Part shown: piece by piece, positions 23,356 through 32,000 of the stretch
Layout of the letters: each line of letters starts with the position of its first letter
How positions within the stretch are numbered: position 1 is the stretch's first letter
From: Candidatus Scalindua sp.
GTDB lineage: Bacteria > Planctomycetota > Brocadiia > Brocadiales > Scalinduaceae
NCBI GenBank assembly: GCA_031316235.1
Contig: JALDRA010000001.1
Span: forward strand, 3,810,001-3,842,000
Direction: 5' to 3'
DNA: 32,000 bases
Program-made: the position numbers and the translations under genes
The notes under the pieces: generated by a model
What the model saw: only the letters and a program-made list of their open reading frames with translations
The model's database searches: none
What the model was told of the DNA's origin: nothing

Positions 23356-23834
23356 AGAGTAAAGCCTGTCAAGGGAAAGAGATTGAACAGAAAGATGCTG
23401 AAAAACAGCCTGAAATAACGGCACAGACTACCCACACGGAGTATTTCGAAAAAATGATGTACAACCGTGTAAACAATAGTCCAATACCAAAAATCAGGAG
23501 CCTCAACGCTATAATTCAGTTTGACATAGTTGGTGATAATCCGGGAAACTGGATTGTTATTATTGAAAAGGGGGTAGTGAAACGGATAGTGAGCGGCTTT
23601 GTTGAAAAAGGTTCTGCCGAGGGTGACTGCTTACAGGAAAACGTAAACAACGACACCGTATCATCAGGCACGATACGTAAGTCCAAATGCACTTTCCAGC
23701 TCGATGGGAATACGTTCATGTCTATTGTCCGACGGGAAATTACACCGCAACATGCCCTGTTTCAGAGAAAAGTACACATACGCGGTGATATGTTACTTGC
23801 TCTCAAGATGAATGTCCTGGTAAATTATTTATAA
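23352..23834 (+). CDS. SCP2 (sterol carrier protein 2-like) lipid-binding domain protein
   Basis: 160 aa. The C-terminal FQLDGNTFMSIVRREITPQHALFQRKVHIRGDMLLALKMNVL is the typical SCP2 ending. Its start overlaps the upstream stop (ATGA). Confidence 0.75.
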   Translation: MKSKACQGKEIEQKDAEKQPEITAQTTHTEYFEKMMYNRVNNSPIPKIRSLNAIIQFDIVGDNPGNWIVIIEKGVVKRIVSGFVEKGSAEGDCLQENVNNDTVSSGTIRKSKCTFQLDGNTFMSIVRREITPQHALFQRKVHIRGDMLLALKMNVLVNYL

Positions 23835-23845
23835 CGATACGAGCT

Positions 23846-26320
23846 ATGGAAATGATCATCAGATTAGTATTAAAATATCGAATACTTTTTGTGATACTGA
23901 TAGTTCTCGTTACAGGATTTTTTGGATACTACGCACGTAATTCAACCACTGACAATTCCATTGAAGTATGGTTAAGTAAAGAGGATGATGAACTTGATTA
24001 TTATTATCATTTTATCGATACATTTGGGGATGAAGAATTTCTCATTACTGTCATAGAAAATGAAGCGCACTTCAGCAGAAAAGGAATAAGACAGATTGAT
24101 AGTCTGACAAAAAAGTTTGAGAAACTTGAAGGTGTTAAAGAGGTAATCTCATTAGCGACTGTTTTTAAAGACAAATTATCGTCCTCTCACTTTAAAGAAG
24201 CAGTAAACAGAAGAGGCGGCAAAACGATCATTGAGGTCTTTAAAGAAGAAGTCGTATCAGATGTAATGTATGTGAATAACATTATATCTGCTGATGGGAA
24301 AATAACAGCAGTCATTGCTACCGTTGCCAAGGGGTCTCCTGAATCGAGAATGAAGCTGGTAAAAGAAACAAGAAACATAATAAATGAAACATATTCCAGA
24401 GGAGGTGCTATCGGAATGAGTGTGCCAGACAGTGAGCAGGGGGTAGATCTGGAAACTGAAAATGGAGTGCCTGGAATTAATTCATCGGATATCAGTGAAA
24501 TCCAGGCACGAGAGCTGTCACTATTCTCCAGGTCTGTTTCTATCGGTACACAGCTATTCAATAAATTTGCAATGAGATTGAATCTGGTTGAGCAGGAACC
24601 TCTCCCAGACACTGTATATTTAGCAGGCCCAACTATTGTCAATGCCGAACTTGATCGGATGTCACAGAGAGATATAAAAATTTTCATGCCTCTCATGTTT
24701 ACCATAGCCGTGGTTGTACTCATACTGCTGTTCAGGAATATTTCTGGTGTCCTGATTCCAATAGTAACGATCAGCATAAGTAGTGTGTGTATTGTCGGCC
24801 TGTTCACTTTCTTTGATAATAAGATGAATATGATCTCGGGAATGTTGACACCTCTCATTTTCATTATTTCTCTCGCGACTACGATACACATTCTCAACAG
24901 ATTTTATCTTGAATCGAAACTCTCGACAGATAGACAGAAGAACATTATTCAATCAATAAAAGAGATAGCTATACCCTGTTTCCTGACATCTGCAACAACC
25001 TCTATAGGTTTTCTCTCTTTTGTGGTGAGTGATGTTCAACCAGTCAAGACCATGGGAATATTTACTGCAGCAGGTGTCATGATGTCTTTTTTTATTTGCA
25101 TACTGTTGATTCCCATACTCGTCTCTCTGATTCCGGGAAAAGGGAGAGATATTCCTCCGCCTCTCTTGAAGAATGGGGTTACAGGTAATGAAAAATTCAA
25201 TGGTATTTTAGGTCATGTTGGAGCTTTTGTTCATACGCATAACCTGTTGATCATTATTATCAGCTTGATACTGATCTGTATTGCCGGGTATGGAGGAACA
25301 AGGATTAAGGTAGAATCTAACATTTTCGAATCTTTTCCCGGGGATAGTGAAATATCACGGTCTACTTCATTTATTGAAAGCAGTTTGATGGGACTCCTAC
25401 CCGTGGAGATCGTTTTAAGAGCTCCGGAAGCAGCGGGAATTTTTAGGCCGGAAGTATTGCATGAGATGGAGTCTCTGCAGAAGTATTTCCGTACGATTCC
25501 GGAAGTTACCGCCAGCATTTCTGTAGCAGATTATGTCAGGAGAATTCATACAGTGCTGGGTAATGATAAGGGAAACAGCGATGAGATACCTGAAGAGAAG
25601 GCACGTAATTATGCACAGCTTGCATCTCTCCGCGGAGATGCAATTGTAAAAACTCTTTATTCAAAGGATTGCGATGAGGGGCGGATTTCCGTCAGGATGA
25701 AAAATGTCAGTTCTTCCCGGTATCAGGAGATAATGAAGGACATTAAAGGGTATATCAATGGAAATGTCCCTGTGGGCATTGGTTGTACTATTACGGGCAT
25801 TGTTCCCCTCCTTATGGATATGCAGGGATATCTCGCCCTGAGTCAGATAAAGACTTTTCTGCTCGCGTTCATTTTTATTTTTATTTCGATTACGCTTTTA
25901 CTGAAATCCGTACGTTTCGGTATAATCAGCATGATTCCAAACCTGGTGCCAATTGTTATCACGCTGGGTGTAATGGGTTTTCTCAAAATCTCTCTGGATG
26001 TTGCAACTATCATGATTGCAAGTGTGGCAATAGGAATTTCCGTCGATGATACCATTCATTTTCTCTATCGCTTCAAAAGAGAGTTAGCAAAAGACAAACA
26101 CTACTATCAAGCAATACAGCGCACGCTGTCCGGCGTCGGTAAGGCAATACTCTTTACCACAATAATTGCAACATCAGGTTTCCTTATATTCTGCTTATCG
26201 AACTTCAAGCCTATTCAGTATTTCGGATTACTCACGGGCATCACTATGGTAACCGCATTAATTGCAGATATTTTCATTCTGCCTTCATGTATATTACTTT
26301 TTAAACCAAAATTTTTGTAA
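23846..26320 (+). CDS. MMPL/HpnN-like RND superfamily lipid transporter
   Basis: 824 aa with an N-terminal TM helix. Two large soluble loops are each followed by a block of ~5-6 hydrophobic helices (about aa 275-440 and 655-820). RND-type motif AIGISVDDTIHFLYRFKRE. Confidence 0.85.
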   Translation: MEMIIRLVLKYRILFVILIVLVTGFFGYYARNSTTDNSIEVWLSKEDDELDYYYHFIDTFGDEEFLITVIENEAHFSRKGIRQIDSLTKKFEKLEGVKEVISLATVFKDKLSSSHFKEAVNRRGGKTIIEVFKEEVVSDVMYVNNIISADGKITAVIATVAKGSPESRMKLVKETRNIINETYSRGGAIGMSVPDSEQGVDLETENGVPGINSSDISEIQARELSLFSRSVSIGTQLFNKFAMRLNLVEQEPLPDTVYLAGPTIVNAELDRMSQRDIKIFMPLMFTIAVVVLILLFRNISGVLIPIVTISISSVCIVGLFTFFDNKMNMISGMLTPLIFIISLATTIHILNRFYLESKLSTDRQKNIIQSIKEIAIPCFLTSATTSIGFLSFVVSDVQPVKTMGIFTAAGVMMSFFICILLIPILVSLIPGKGRDIPPPLLKNGVTGNEKFNGILGHVGAFVHTHNLLIIIISLILICIAGYGGTRIKVESNIFESFPGDSEISRSTSFIESSLMGLLPVEIVLRAPEAAGIFRPEVLHEMESLQKYFRTIPEVTASISVADYVRRIHTVLGNDKGNSDEIPEEKARNYAQLASLRGDAIVKTLYSKDCDEGRISVRMKNVSSSRYQEIMKDIKGYINGNVPVGIGCTITGIVPLLMDMQGYLALSQIKTFLLAFIFIFISITLLLKSVRFGIISMIPNLVPIVITLGVMGFLKISLDVATIMIASVAIGISVDDTIHFLYRFKRELAKDKHYYQAIQRTLSGVGKAILFTTIIATSGFLIFCLSNFKPIQYFGLLTGITMVTALIADIFILPSCILLFKPKFL

Positions 26321-27462
26321 TGCTCCCTATGTCAGAACAATCAGTCTTGCCGACCATTCAGGAATCCAGGTGGTTTGGCCTATCACCCAATGAATGGTTG
26401 CCTTCAATTATTGCCATACACTTTGATCCGGATCATGGTACTCGATACTGGCTTGATAAGGAAAAAGAGTTGGGAATCAAAGCTGCAGATGAGATAAAGA
26501 TGCTGGATGATTTAAAAGTACTTGGTCCTATGAATGAAGAAGATTTGAGGAGATATCCGATCGAATATTTTATCCCCAAGGCTTTTTTACATCAAAAAAA
26601 GGATTTTATTCTCGGAGAGACTGCAGGGACAACCGGTAGACCAAAGGTTACCGCATATCGGGAGGACGAATTCTACACGACATTTGTTGACTGGTTTGGT
26701 TATGTTGCTGAGAAAAGAAAGTTCCCCACCGGATGTAACTGGTTGTGGATAGGTCCGAGTGGTCCCCACATCATAGGCAAGGCGGTAAGGCCTGTAGCAC
26801 AGCGAATGGGAAGCATGGACCCTTTTTCTATAGACTTTGATCCCCGCTGGGCAAAAAAAATGAAACCCGGGACTTTTGGAAGCAGGCGATATCTGGATCA
26901 TATACTTGAACAGGCATTAGATATCCTGGAAACACAGGAAATTGGCGTATTATATACTACACCTCTTGTACTGGAGGCATTATCAGGAAGAATGACCGAC
27001 GACCAGAGAAGAGAAATTAAAGGTGTCCATTATGGTGGAGTAACAATAGGGAAAGATACTTACAGAAGATTCAAGGAAGAGTATTTTCCCGAATCAGTTC
27101 ATATATCCGGGTATGGAAATACACTTTTTGGTCTTTGCCTTGAAATAGTAGCGTCTTCAACCTATGACCTGGAGTACTTCCCCCCCGGGCCCAGAATGGT
27201 TGTTCAGGTCGTCTCGATGGAAACAGGGATCAGGCCTTCTCATAAACGCCTCTCCCAGATAGTTGATTATGGAGATTCCGGACAGGTAGTCTTTCATAGG
27301 CTTGATGAGTGTTTTTTTATACCCAATATGTTTGAACGCGACAAGGCTGTTCGGATTCATCCTGCACCATCAGTACGAGAGTTCGGTATCATGCTGGATG
27401 GAGTAAGAAACCCCACCCTGGTTGAGAGTAATGACGCTGGAGTAAAAACAGGATTGTATTAA
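26320..27462 (+). CDS. ANL-superfamily adenylate-forming enzyme (PaaK / coenzyme F390 synthetase / LuxE acyl-protein synthetase-like)
   Basis: 380 aa. The P-loop-like ILGETAGTTGRPKVTAYREDEF corresponds to SSGTTGKP of PaaK-type ligases. Short, single-lobe size similar to LuxE. The start overlaps the upstream stop (TAATG). Confidence 0.65.
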   Translation: MLPMSEQSVLPTIQESRWFGLSPNEWLPSIIAIHFDPDHGTRYWLDKEKELGIKAADEIKMLDDLKVLGPMNEEDLRRYPIEYFIPKAFLHQKKDFILGETAGTTGRPKVTAYREDEFYTTFVDWFGYVAEKRKFPTGCNWLWIGPSGPHIIGKAVRPVAQRMGSMDPFSIDFDPRWAKKMKPGTFGSRRYLDHILEQALDILETQEIGVLYTTPLVLEALSGRMTDDQRREIKGVHYGGVTIGKDTYRRFKEEYFPESVHISGYGNTLFGLCLEIVASSTYDLEYFPPGPRMVVQVVSMETGIRPSHKRLSQIVDYGDSGQVVFHRLDECFFIPNMFERDKAVRIHPAPSVREFGIMLDGVRNPTLVESNDAGVKTGLY

Positions 27463-27575
27463 GGAATTACAATTAAGCTGTTCCTTTTACACTATACTTA
27501 ATGTTTTAAAGAAAAGTTGAAAACCGCAGCTTTTCATTTGACAATACGTTCGAGCTAGATTGGAAAGGTAAATGA

Positions 27576-29576
27576 ATGAAACTATCAGAAACAAAAATTG
27601 AATTGCTGGCGCCTGCCGGCAAATGGGGTGTCCTGGAGGCCGTAATAGAGGCGGGTGCAGATGCCGTCTACCTTTCGGGGAAACAATTTAATATGCGGAT
27701 GCACCGGTCTGATTTTCACTTCTCTGATCAACAACTGGCATTAGCGGCAGAATTTGTTCACAAGCACAATGGAAAGATTTATATTACCGTAAACAACATC
27801 CTTGGTGATAGTGAATTAAAAAGACTGAACCACTACCTTGCATACCTGCAGGAGATTAACGTTGATGCAATAATAATTCAGGATTTGGCAGTTCTTTACC
27901 TCGCAAGGGAAGCGGGGATACATATACCCATTCATGCCAGTACCATGATGAACGTTCACAGTCCAGAGATGGCGATTGAGTTGAAAAAACTCGGAATCTC
28001 AAGGATAATTACGTCTCGCGACATTACGATTTCTCAGGTAAAAGAGATAGGGAGAAAGAGTGGATTGGAAATGGAGTATTTTATCCATGGTGATATGTGT
28101 GTTGCACAGAGTGGTCAGTGTTATTCAAGTGGAGTGATATTTGGTAAAAGTGCGAACCGTGGTGAATGCATGAAACCCTGCAGATGGAAATACGATATTG
28201 TGGAAACAACATCCGGTCAAACGATAGGAGACCTGCCAAAAGGATATCTCCTGGCCATAAAAGACATGTGCATGTTTCAGTTTATTCCCGAACTTATCCA
28301 GTCAGAGATCTGCTCCTTTAAAATAGAGGGGAGGATGAGGCATGAGAGTTTTCTCAAGCCTCTGGTAAGCCTTTACCGCAGAGCCATCAATGAGTATCTT
28401 GATTCTCCTTTTACGTTTTCGTCTAAGATTGAAGAATTCGAAAGTCTTTATACCAGCAGGGTCAGAGACTTTACGACATCAATGGCTTTTTCTCATACAA
28501 CACCATCTTCATTTGATTATACGGGAGAAAGAGAACCGCTGTTTTTAAGCCGTGGCGCTGTGGAAAAGAGTCTGACGTCTGCAGACTTACCCCACAATCC
28601 TTTTGAAATACCTTTTGGAAACCGGAATCGAGAAAAGTACCTTGCCGTTAAGGTTTCAACCTTTGATGCAGTTAAAAAATCACTTGCTGCAGGCGCAGAT
28701 TATGTGTATGTAAGCGGTGAAATTTCACCTGCCCGGGGAGAGATATGGACGAAAAGGACATTGGAAGAGGCAACCAGGATTGTGCATGACGCCGGTAAAA
28801 AGATTGCATGGGGAACACCGCGAATCTGTATGTCACGAGAATTGTCAGAGGTTGAATGGCTTTGTGAATTAGCCTCGAATATCGGTGTGGATGGAATTCT
28901 TGTCCAGAATCTGGGTGCCTTATCGTATGCCAGAGATTTCGGGCTCAATATAATTTCTGATTTTTCATTCAATATCTTAAACACCTGCGCTATAAAGATA
29001 TTGGAACAATCAGGCGTAAGCAGAGTTACCGCATCCATGGAATCGTCATTCAATGACATTTTCTCGCTTGCAAGAGACTCTACACTTCCTATAGAATGTA
29101 TTGTCCATGGTTCCTTGCCAAGCATGTTGCTGGAACATTGTCTGCCGGCAATGGTGGTTACCAAATCTAATTCGAAAGGAATCTGCCGGTTGCCGTGTAG
29201 ATATATGGGGTATGCACTTAAAGATGAAAAGGGAGAGATCAGGCCGATAGAAGTGGATCAGTACTGCAGAAATCATATCATGTTTTCAACAGACCTCTGC
29301 GTACTTCCGTATCTTAATTCATTTGTAAAAACTGAGGTTGAGGTGTTCCGCATTGAAGCGCAATATTACAATGAAGTCTTTGTTGAAACAGTGGTGAGGC
29401 TTTACCGGAACCGCCTGGATCAATGTATGGATAATCCAGACATTTTTTATCCGATTCCCGAGTCAGAGTGGGAGGGATTTATGGAAAAGAGTCCCAGGGG
29501 TCTCAGCTTGTGCGCCTATGCCCAGGATGTGACAAAGTCAAGGAGTACCCTGGAAGTTATGAAAACGTCAATATAA
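27576..29576 (+). CDS. Fused double peptidase-U32-family protein (two U32 domains in tandem; UbiU/UbiV, RlhA, TrhP family)
   Basis: 666 aa. First half: ELLAPAGKWGVLEAVIEAGADAVYLSG and the U32 signature EYFIHGDMCVAQSGQCYSS...NRGECMKPCRWKY. The second half repeats the pattern: AAGADYVYVSG ... ECIVHGSLPSMLLEHCLPA...KGICRLPCRYMGY. Confidence 0.85.
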   Translation: MKLSETKIELLAPAGKWGVLEAVIEAGADAVYLSGKQFNMRMHRSDFHFSDQQLALAAEFVHKHNGKIYITVNNILGDSELKRLNHYLAYLQEINVDAIIIQDLAVLYLAREAGIHIPIHASTMMNVHSPEMAIELKKLGISRIITSRDITISQVKEIGRKSGLEMEYFIHGDMCVAQSGQCYSSGVIFGKSANRGECMKPCRWKYDIVETTSGQTIGDLPKGYLLAIKDMCMFQFIPELIQSEICSFKIEGRMRHESFLKPLVSLYRRAINEYLDSPFTFSSKIEEFESLYTSRVRDFTTSMAFSHTTPSSFDYTGEREPLFLSRGAVEKSLTSADLPHNPFEIPFGNRNREKYLAVKVSTFDAVKKSLAAGADYVYVSGEISPARGEIWTKRTLEEATRIVHDAGKKIAWGTPRICMSRELSEVEWLCELASNIGVDGILVQNLGALSYARDFGLNIISDFSFNILNTCAIKILEQSGVSRVTASMESSFNDIFSLARDSTLPIECIVHGSLPSMLLEHCLPAMVVTKSNSKGICRLPCRYMGYALKDEKGEIRPIEVDQYCRNHIMFSTDLCVLPYLNSFVKTEVEVFRIEAQYYNEVFVETVVRLYRNRLDQCMDNPDIFYPIPESEWEGFMEKSPRGLSLCAYAQDVTKSRSTLEVMKTSI

Positions 29577-29677
29577 ATTAACAACTGTTCGAATTAACAC
29601 TCATTATTTTGGTGGAAGTGATTACTCATTTATTCATGAAATCATAAAACAGCACACCTTGGAAGAAGAATACCATT

Positions 29678-30454
29678 ATGCAGAATTCAAGTATTAAAAA
29701 AGTTTTATCGTCATTCTTGTTTTTTTCACTCTACACGGTTTTATCCATTCACGCTGCGACAGCGGAAACTGACAGCTTTGAATCAGCAGAACAGCTTCTT
29801 CGTGAAGGAATGCGAATGTACGATACGAAGCAGATACAAAAAGCAAAAGAGATCTTTGTCGAGCAGGCTGACAGGAAACCTGCTGATCATGTATCTGCCT
29901 ATTATGCTGCTCTCTCATATCTCGCTCTTTGTGATGTAAAAAACTTTGAAATGAGAAAGAGTCCGAACAAGGCGGAAATGAAAGCCAGAAAGGAAGAACG
30001 GGTAATACTGGCAGAGGAAGGGTTGACATACGCAGACAGATCAATTGAATTGAAGAAGGATTTTTCTGAATCACATCGGGTGAAGGGGGCCCTTTTGTCG
30101 AACAAGATCTCCGGTATGGTTTCAGGGATGAGAAACGGGAAACTGGCTGAGGAGGAGATAACACATGCGCTCAAGATTGACAATAAGAATATCATGGCTC
30201 AGATTGAGAATGCAAGAATGTTTATCAATAAGCCCAGGATTCTCGGAGGGAATACTCAGAAGGGAATCGAGATCCTTACTACTGTCATAAAGGATTTTCC
30301 CGGATTGGAAAAAGGATACCTCAATCTGGGTATTGTCTATTATGAAAATGGTAAAGAGGAATTGGCAGTGGACACATTTAAAAAGCTGCTGGAAATTAAT
30401 CCTGACAATCCGGAAGCCAGATATTTCGTTAACCATCTTACCATATTGAAATAA
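29678..30454 (+). CDS. Secreted tetratricopeptide (TPR) repeat protein
   Basis: 258 aa with signal-like LFFSLYTVLSIHAATA and TPR-like helices. Example: GYLNLGIVYYENGKEELAVDTFKKLLEINPDNPEARYF. Confidence 0.7.
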   Translation: MQNSSIKKVLSSFLFFSLYTVLSIHAATAETDSFESAEQLLREGMRMYDTKQIQKAKEIFVEQADRKPADHVSAYYAALSYLALCDVKNFEMRKSPNKAEMKARKEERVILAEEGLTYADRSIELKKDFSESHRVKGALLSNKISGMVSGMRNGKLAEEEITHALKIDNKNIMAQIENARMFINKPRILGGNTQKGIEILTTVIKDFPGLEKGYLNLGIVYYENGKEELAVDTFKKLLEINPDNPEARYFVNHLTILK

Positions 30455-30468
30455 GGGATAATCCTGAC

Positions 30469-31779
30469 ATGCAAAAAAAACAACCGTATATCGGGCCGGA
30501 AGAGATCATACGCAAGAAGAGGGAATTTCTGATTCCCTGTGTTTACCATTTTTATCAGAAACCCATGCAGATTGTCCGGGGAGAGGGGCAGTATCTGTTT
30601 GACCATCAGGGAAAACGCTATCTCGATTTCTATGGTGGTGTCTCTGTCCTCAATGCAGGCCATTGCCATCCAGAAATTACCGCTAAAATCTGCCAGCAGG
30701 TAAATACACTGCAGCATACGACCACTATCTATTTAACACAACCGATTGTTGATCTTGCTGAAAAAGTAGCACAGATTACTCCAGGAAATTTAAAGAAAAG
30801 TTTCTTCTGCGCCAGTGGGTCTGAGGCTAATGAGGGGGCACTTTTGATCTCCCAGCTCTATACGGGAAAACATGAGTTCCTGGCGCTCTCACACGGTCTC
30901 CATGGAAGAACGAAGCTGTCTATGAGTGTTACGGGGTTAAAATTCTGGCGTACCGATTCTCATCCGGTTGGAGGAATCAGTTTCGTACCCAACGCATATT
31001 GCTATCGTTGTGTTTTCAATCGTATGTATCCTGATTGTGACATCGAATGTGCGAAACAGATTAAAAATGTTATTGAAACATCTACTTCAGGAGAGGTTGC
31101 CGCACTTATTGTTGAACCGATTCAGGGCAATGGGGGTATCATCACACCGCCTCAAGAATACTTCACCGTTATGAAGGAAATTCTGGATACATATGGAATA
31201 TTACTTATCGTGGACGAGATACAGACAGGGTTTGGTCGAACGGGAAAGATGTTTGCCATTGAGCATACGGGGGTAGAACCGGATATTTTGACATTTGCCA
31301 AGTCTATTGCAAATGGAACCCCTGCAGGGGGATTTATCACGAATGATGATATTTCCTCATCCTACAAGAGACCCGGTGCTTCAACATTTGGTGGAAATCC
31401 CGTTACCTCTGTTGCAGCCCTTGCTACTCTGGAAGTAATCGAAAAATATGGATTGATCCAAAATGCCGAAATAATGGGGGCATATCTTACCGATTCATTG
31501 AAAGGGCTTCAGGAGAGACATCCAATAATTGGTGATGTTCGCGGAAAAGGACTGATGGTAGGAGCGGAATTGATTGGAAATGCGAAAGAGCCTGCAGCAA
31601 TGGAGACCGACGTAATCCTTGAATACATGAAAGACAGGGGGGCACTTATAGGAAAGACAGGGGCAGGACGAAATGTCCTGACATTTCAACCCTCATTGAT
31701 AATTTCGAAGGAGAACATAGACGAGATAATTGAAATTCTTGATGACGCGCTGGCCTGTGTCACAACGAAAAGAGGATAA
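30469..31779 (+). CDS. Class III PLP-dependent (omega-type) aminotransferase
   Basis: 436 aa. GGVSVLNAGHCHPEI, SGSEANEGAL, DEIQTGFGRTGKMFA and the Schiff-base Lys context TFAKSIANG. Confidence 0.9.
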   Translation: MQKKQPYIGPEEIIRKKREFLIPCVYHFYQKPMQIVRGEGQYLFDHQGKRYLDFYGGVSVLNAGHCHPEITAKICQQVNTLQHTTTIYLTQPIVDLAEKVAQITPGNLKKSFFCASGSEANEGALLISQLYTGKHEFLALSHGLHGRTKLSMSVTGLKFWRTDSHPVGGISFVPNAYCYRCVFNRMYPDCDIECAKQIKNVIETSTSGEVAALIVEPIQGNGGIITPPQEYFTVMKEILDTYGILLIVDEIQTGFGRTGKMFAIEHTGVEPDILTFAKSIANGTPAGGFITNDDISSSYKRPGASTFGGNPVTSVAALATLEVIEKYGLIQNAEIMGAYLTDSLKGLQERHPIIGDVRGKGLMVGAELIGNAKEPAAMETDVILEYMKDRGALIGKTGAGRNVLTFQPSLIISKENIDEIIEILDDALACVTTKRG

Positions 31780-31830
31780 AGGAGTCCGACCCTGAATAGA
31801 ATTTACAGAAGAAATAATTGGTTTTCGAAT

Positions 31831-32000
31831 ATGAAAGACTGGTTTGAAGAACGATACCAGCTTAGAGAAATCATAGAGATAAATGTAACGAAGAAACTGA
31901 TACCAAAGGGTCTTAGTTGGTTTGGCTGTATGGGTGGATTGGCATTCGTAGCATTTCTGCTCCAGGTTGGAACTGGCGTTTTCCTCGTATTTCATTACGT
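31831..32000 (+). CDS. Cytochrome b (b6/bc1-type) N-terminus; 3' part lies outside the window
   Basis: Hand translation MKDWFEERYQLREIIEINVTKKLIPKGLSWFGCMGGLAFVAFLLQVGTGVFLVFHY. It matches the DWF-ER...K-P...F-C-GG...Q-TG...Y pattern of PetB/QcrB N-termini. Not in the ORF track because it has no stop in the window. Confidence 0.8.
   Translation, partial: MKDWFEERYQLREIIEINVTKKLIPKGLSWFGCMGGLAFVAFLLQVGTGVFLVFHY

Noticed and set aside
24187-24897. Long (236 aa) antisense ORF within the MMPL transporter gene
   Set aside because: The sense frame encodes the expected loop and TM blocks of an RND/MMPL protein. The antisense product is low-complexity with no motifs, so its length is most likely chance in a stop-poor frame.
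26320-27462. Naming the adenylating enzyme specifically as phenylacetate-CoA ligase
   Set aside because: Only the P-loop region is recognisable by eye. The genomic context (reductase, SCP2, MMPL) argues for a lipid or acyl substrate, so only the superfamily is called.

Overview
AT-rich bacterial chromosomal window. I saw no rRNA, tRNA or CRISPR array by eye.

Left two thirds (1-22100): an accessory-looking cell-surface/glycan locus.
- 3' end of a sugar transferase.
- Three paralogous secreted right-handed beta-helix proteins (starts 340, 4162, 8599).
- A decayed IS1634-family insertion sequence.
- A sulfotransferase and a GT2 glycosyltransferase.
- A WbpE-like aminotransferase and a fused WbpB-like dehydrogenase / WbpD-like acetyltransferase.
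- Another Gfo/Idh/MocA oxidoreductase.
- Two large paralogous secreted proteins (15217, 19059) built from tandem ~95-aa modules plus a BNR/Asp-box propeller-like domain.

Regulatory and repeat signals in this part:
- A very convincing c-di-GMP-I (GEMM-I) riboswitch precedes the second beta-helix gene.
- A partly related leader plus a perfect 18-bp terminator precedes the third.
- A ~115-165 bp repeat family with a conserved terminus (TATACTCATCT) occurs four times and brackets the paralog-rich segment.

Right third (22108-31779): a tightly packed same-strand operon of thioester-type reductase, SCP2 protein, MMPL/RND transporter, PaaK/LuxE-like adenylating enzyme, a fused double-U32 protein, a TPR protein and a class III aminotransferase. 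The start of cytochrome b follows.

The SCP2 plus two U32 domains mirrors UbiT/UbiU/UbiV. It is my best candidate for an undescribed system: O2-independent lipid modification and export.

All family calls rest on motifs I recognise by eye; no searches were run. RNA and repeat coordinates are hand-derived and may be off by a few nt.
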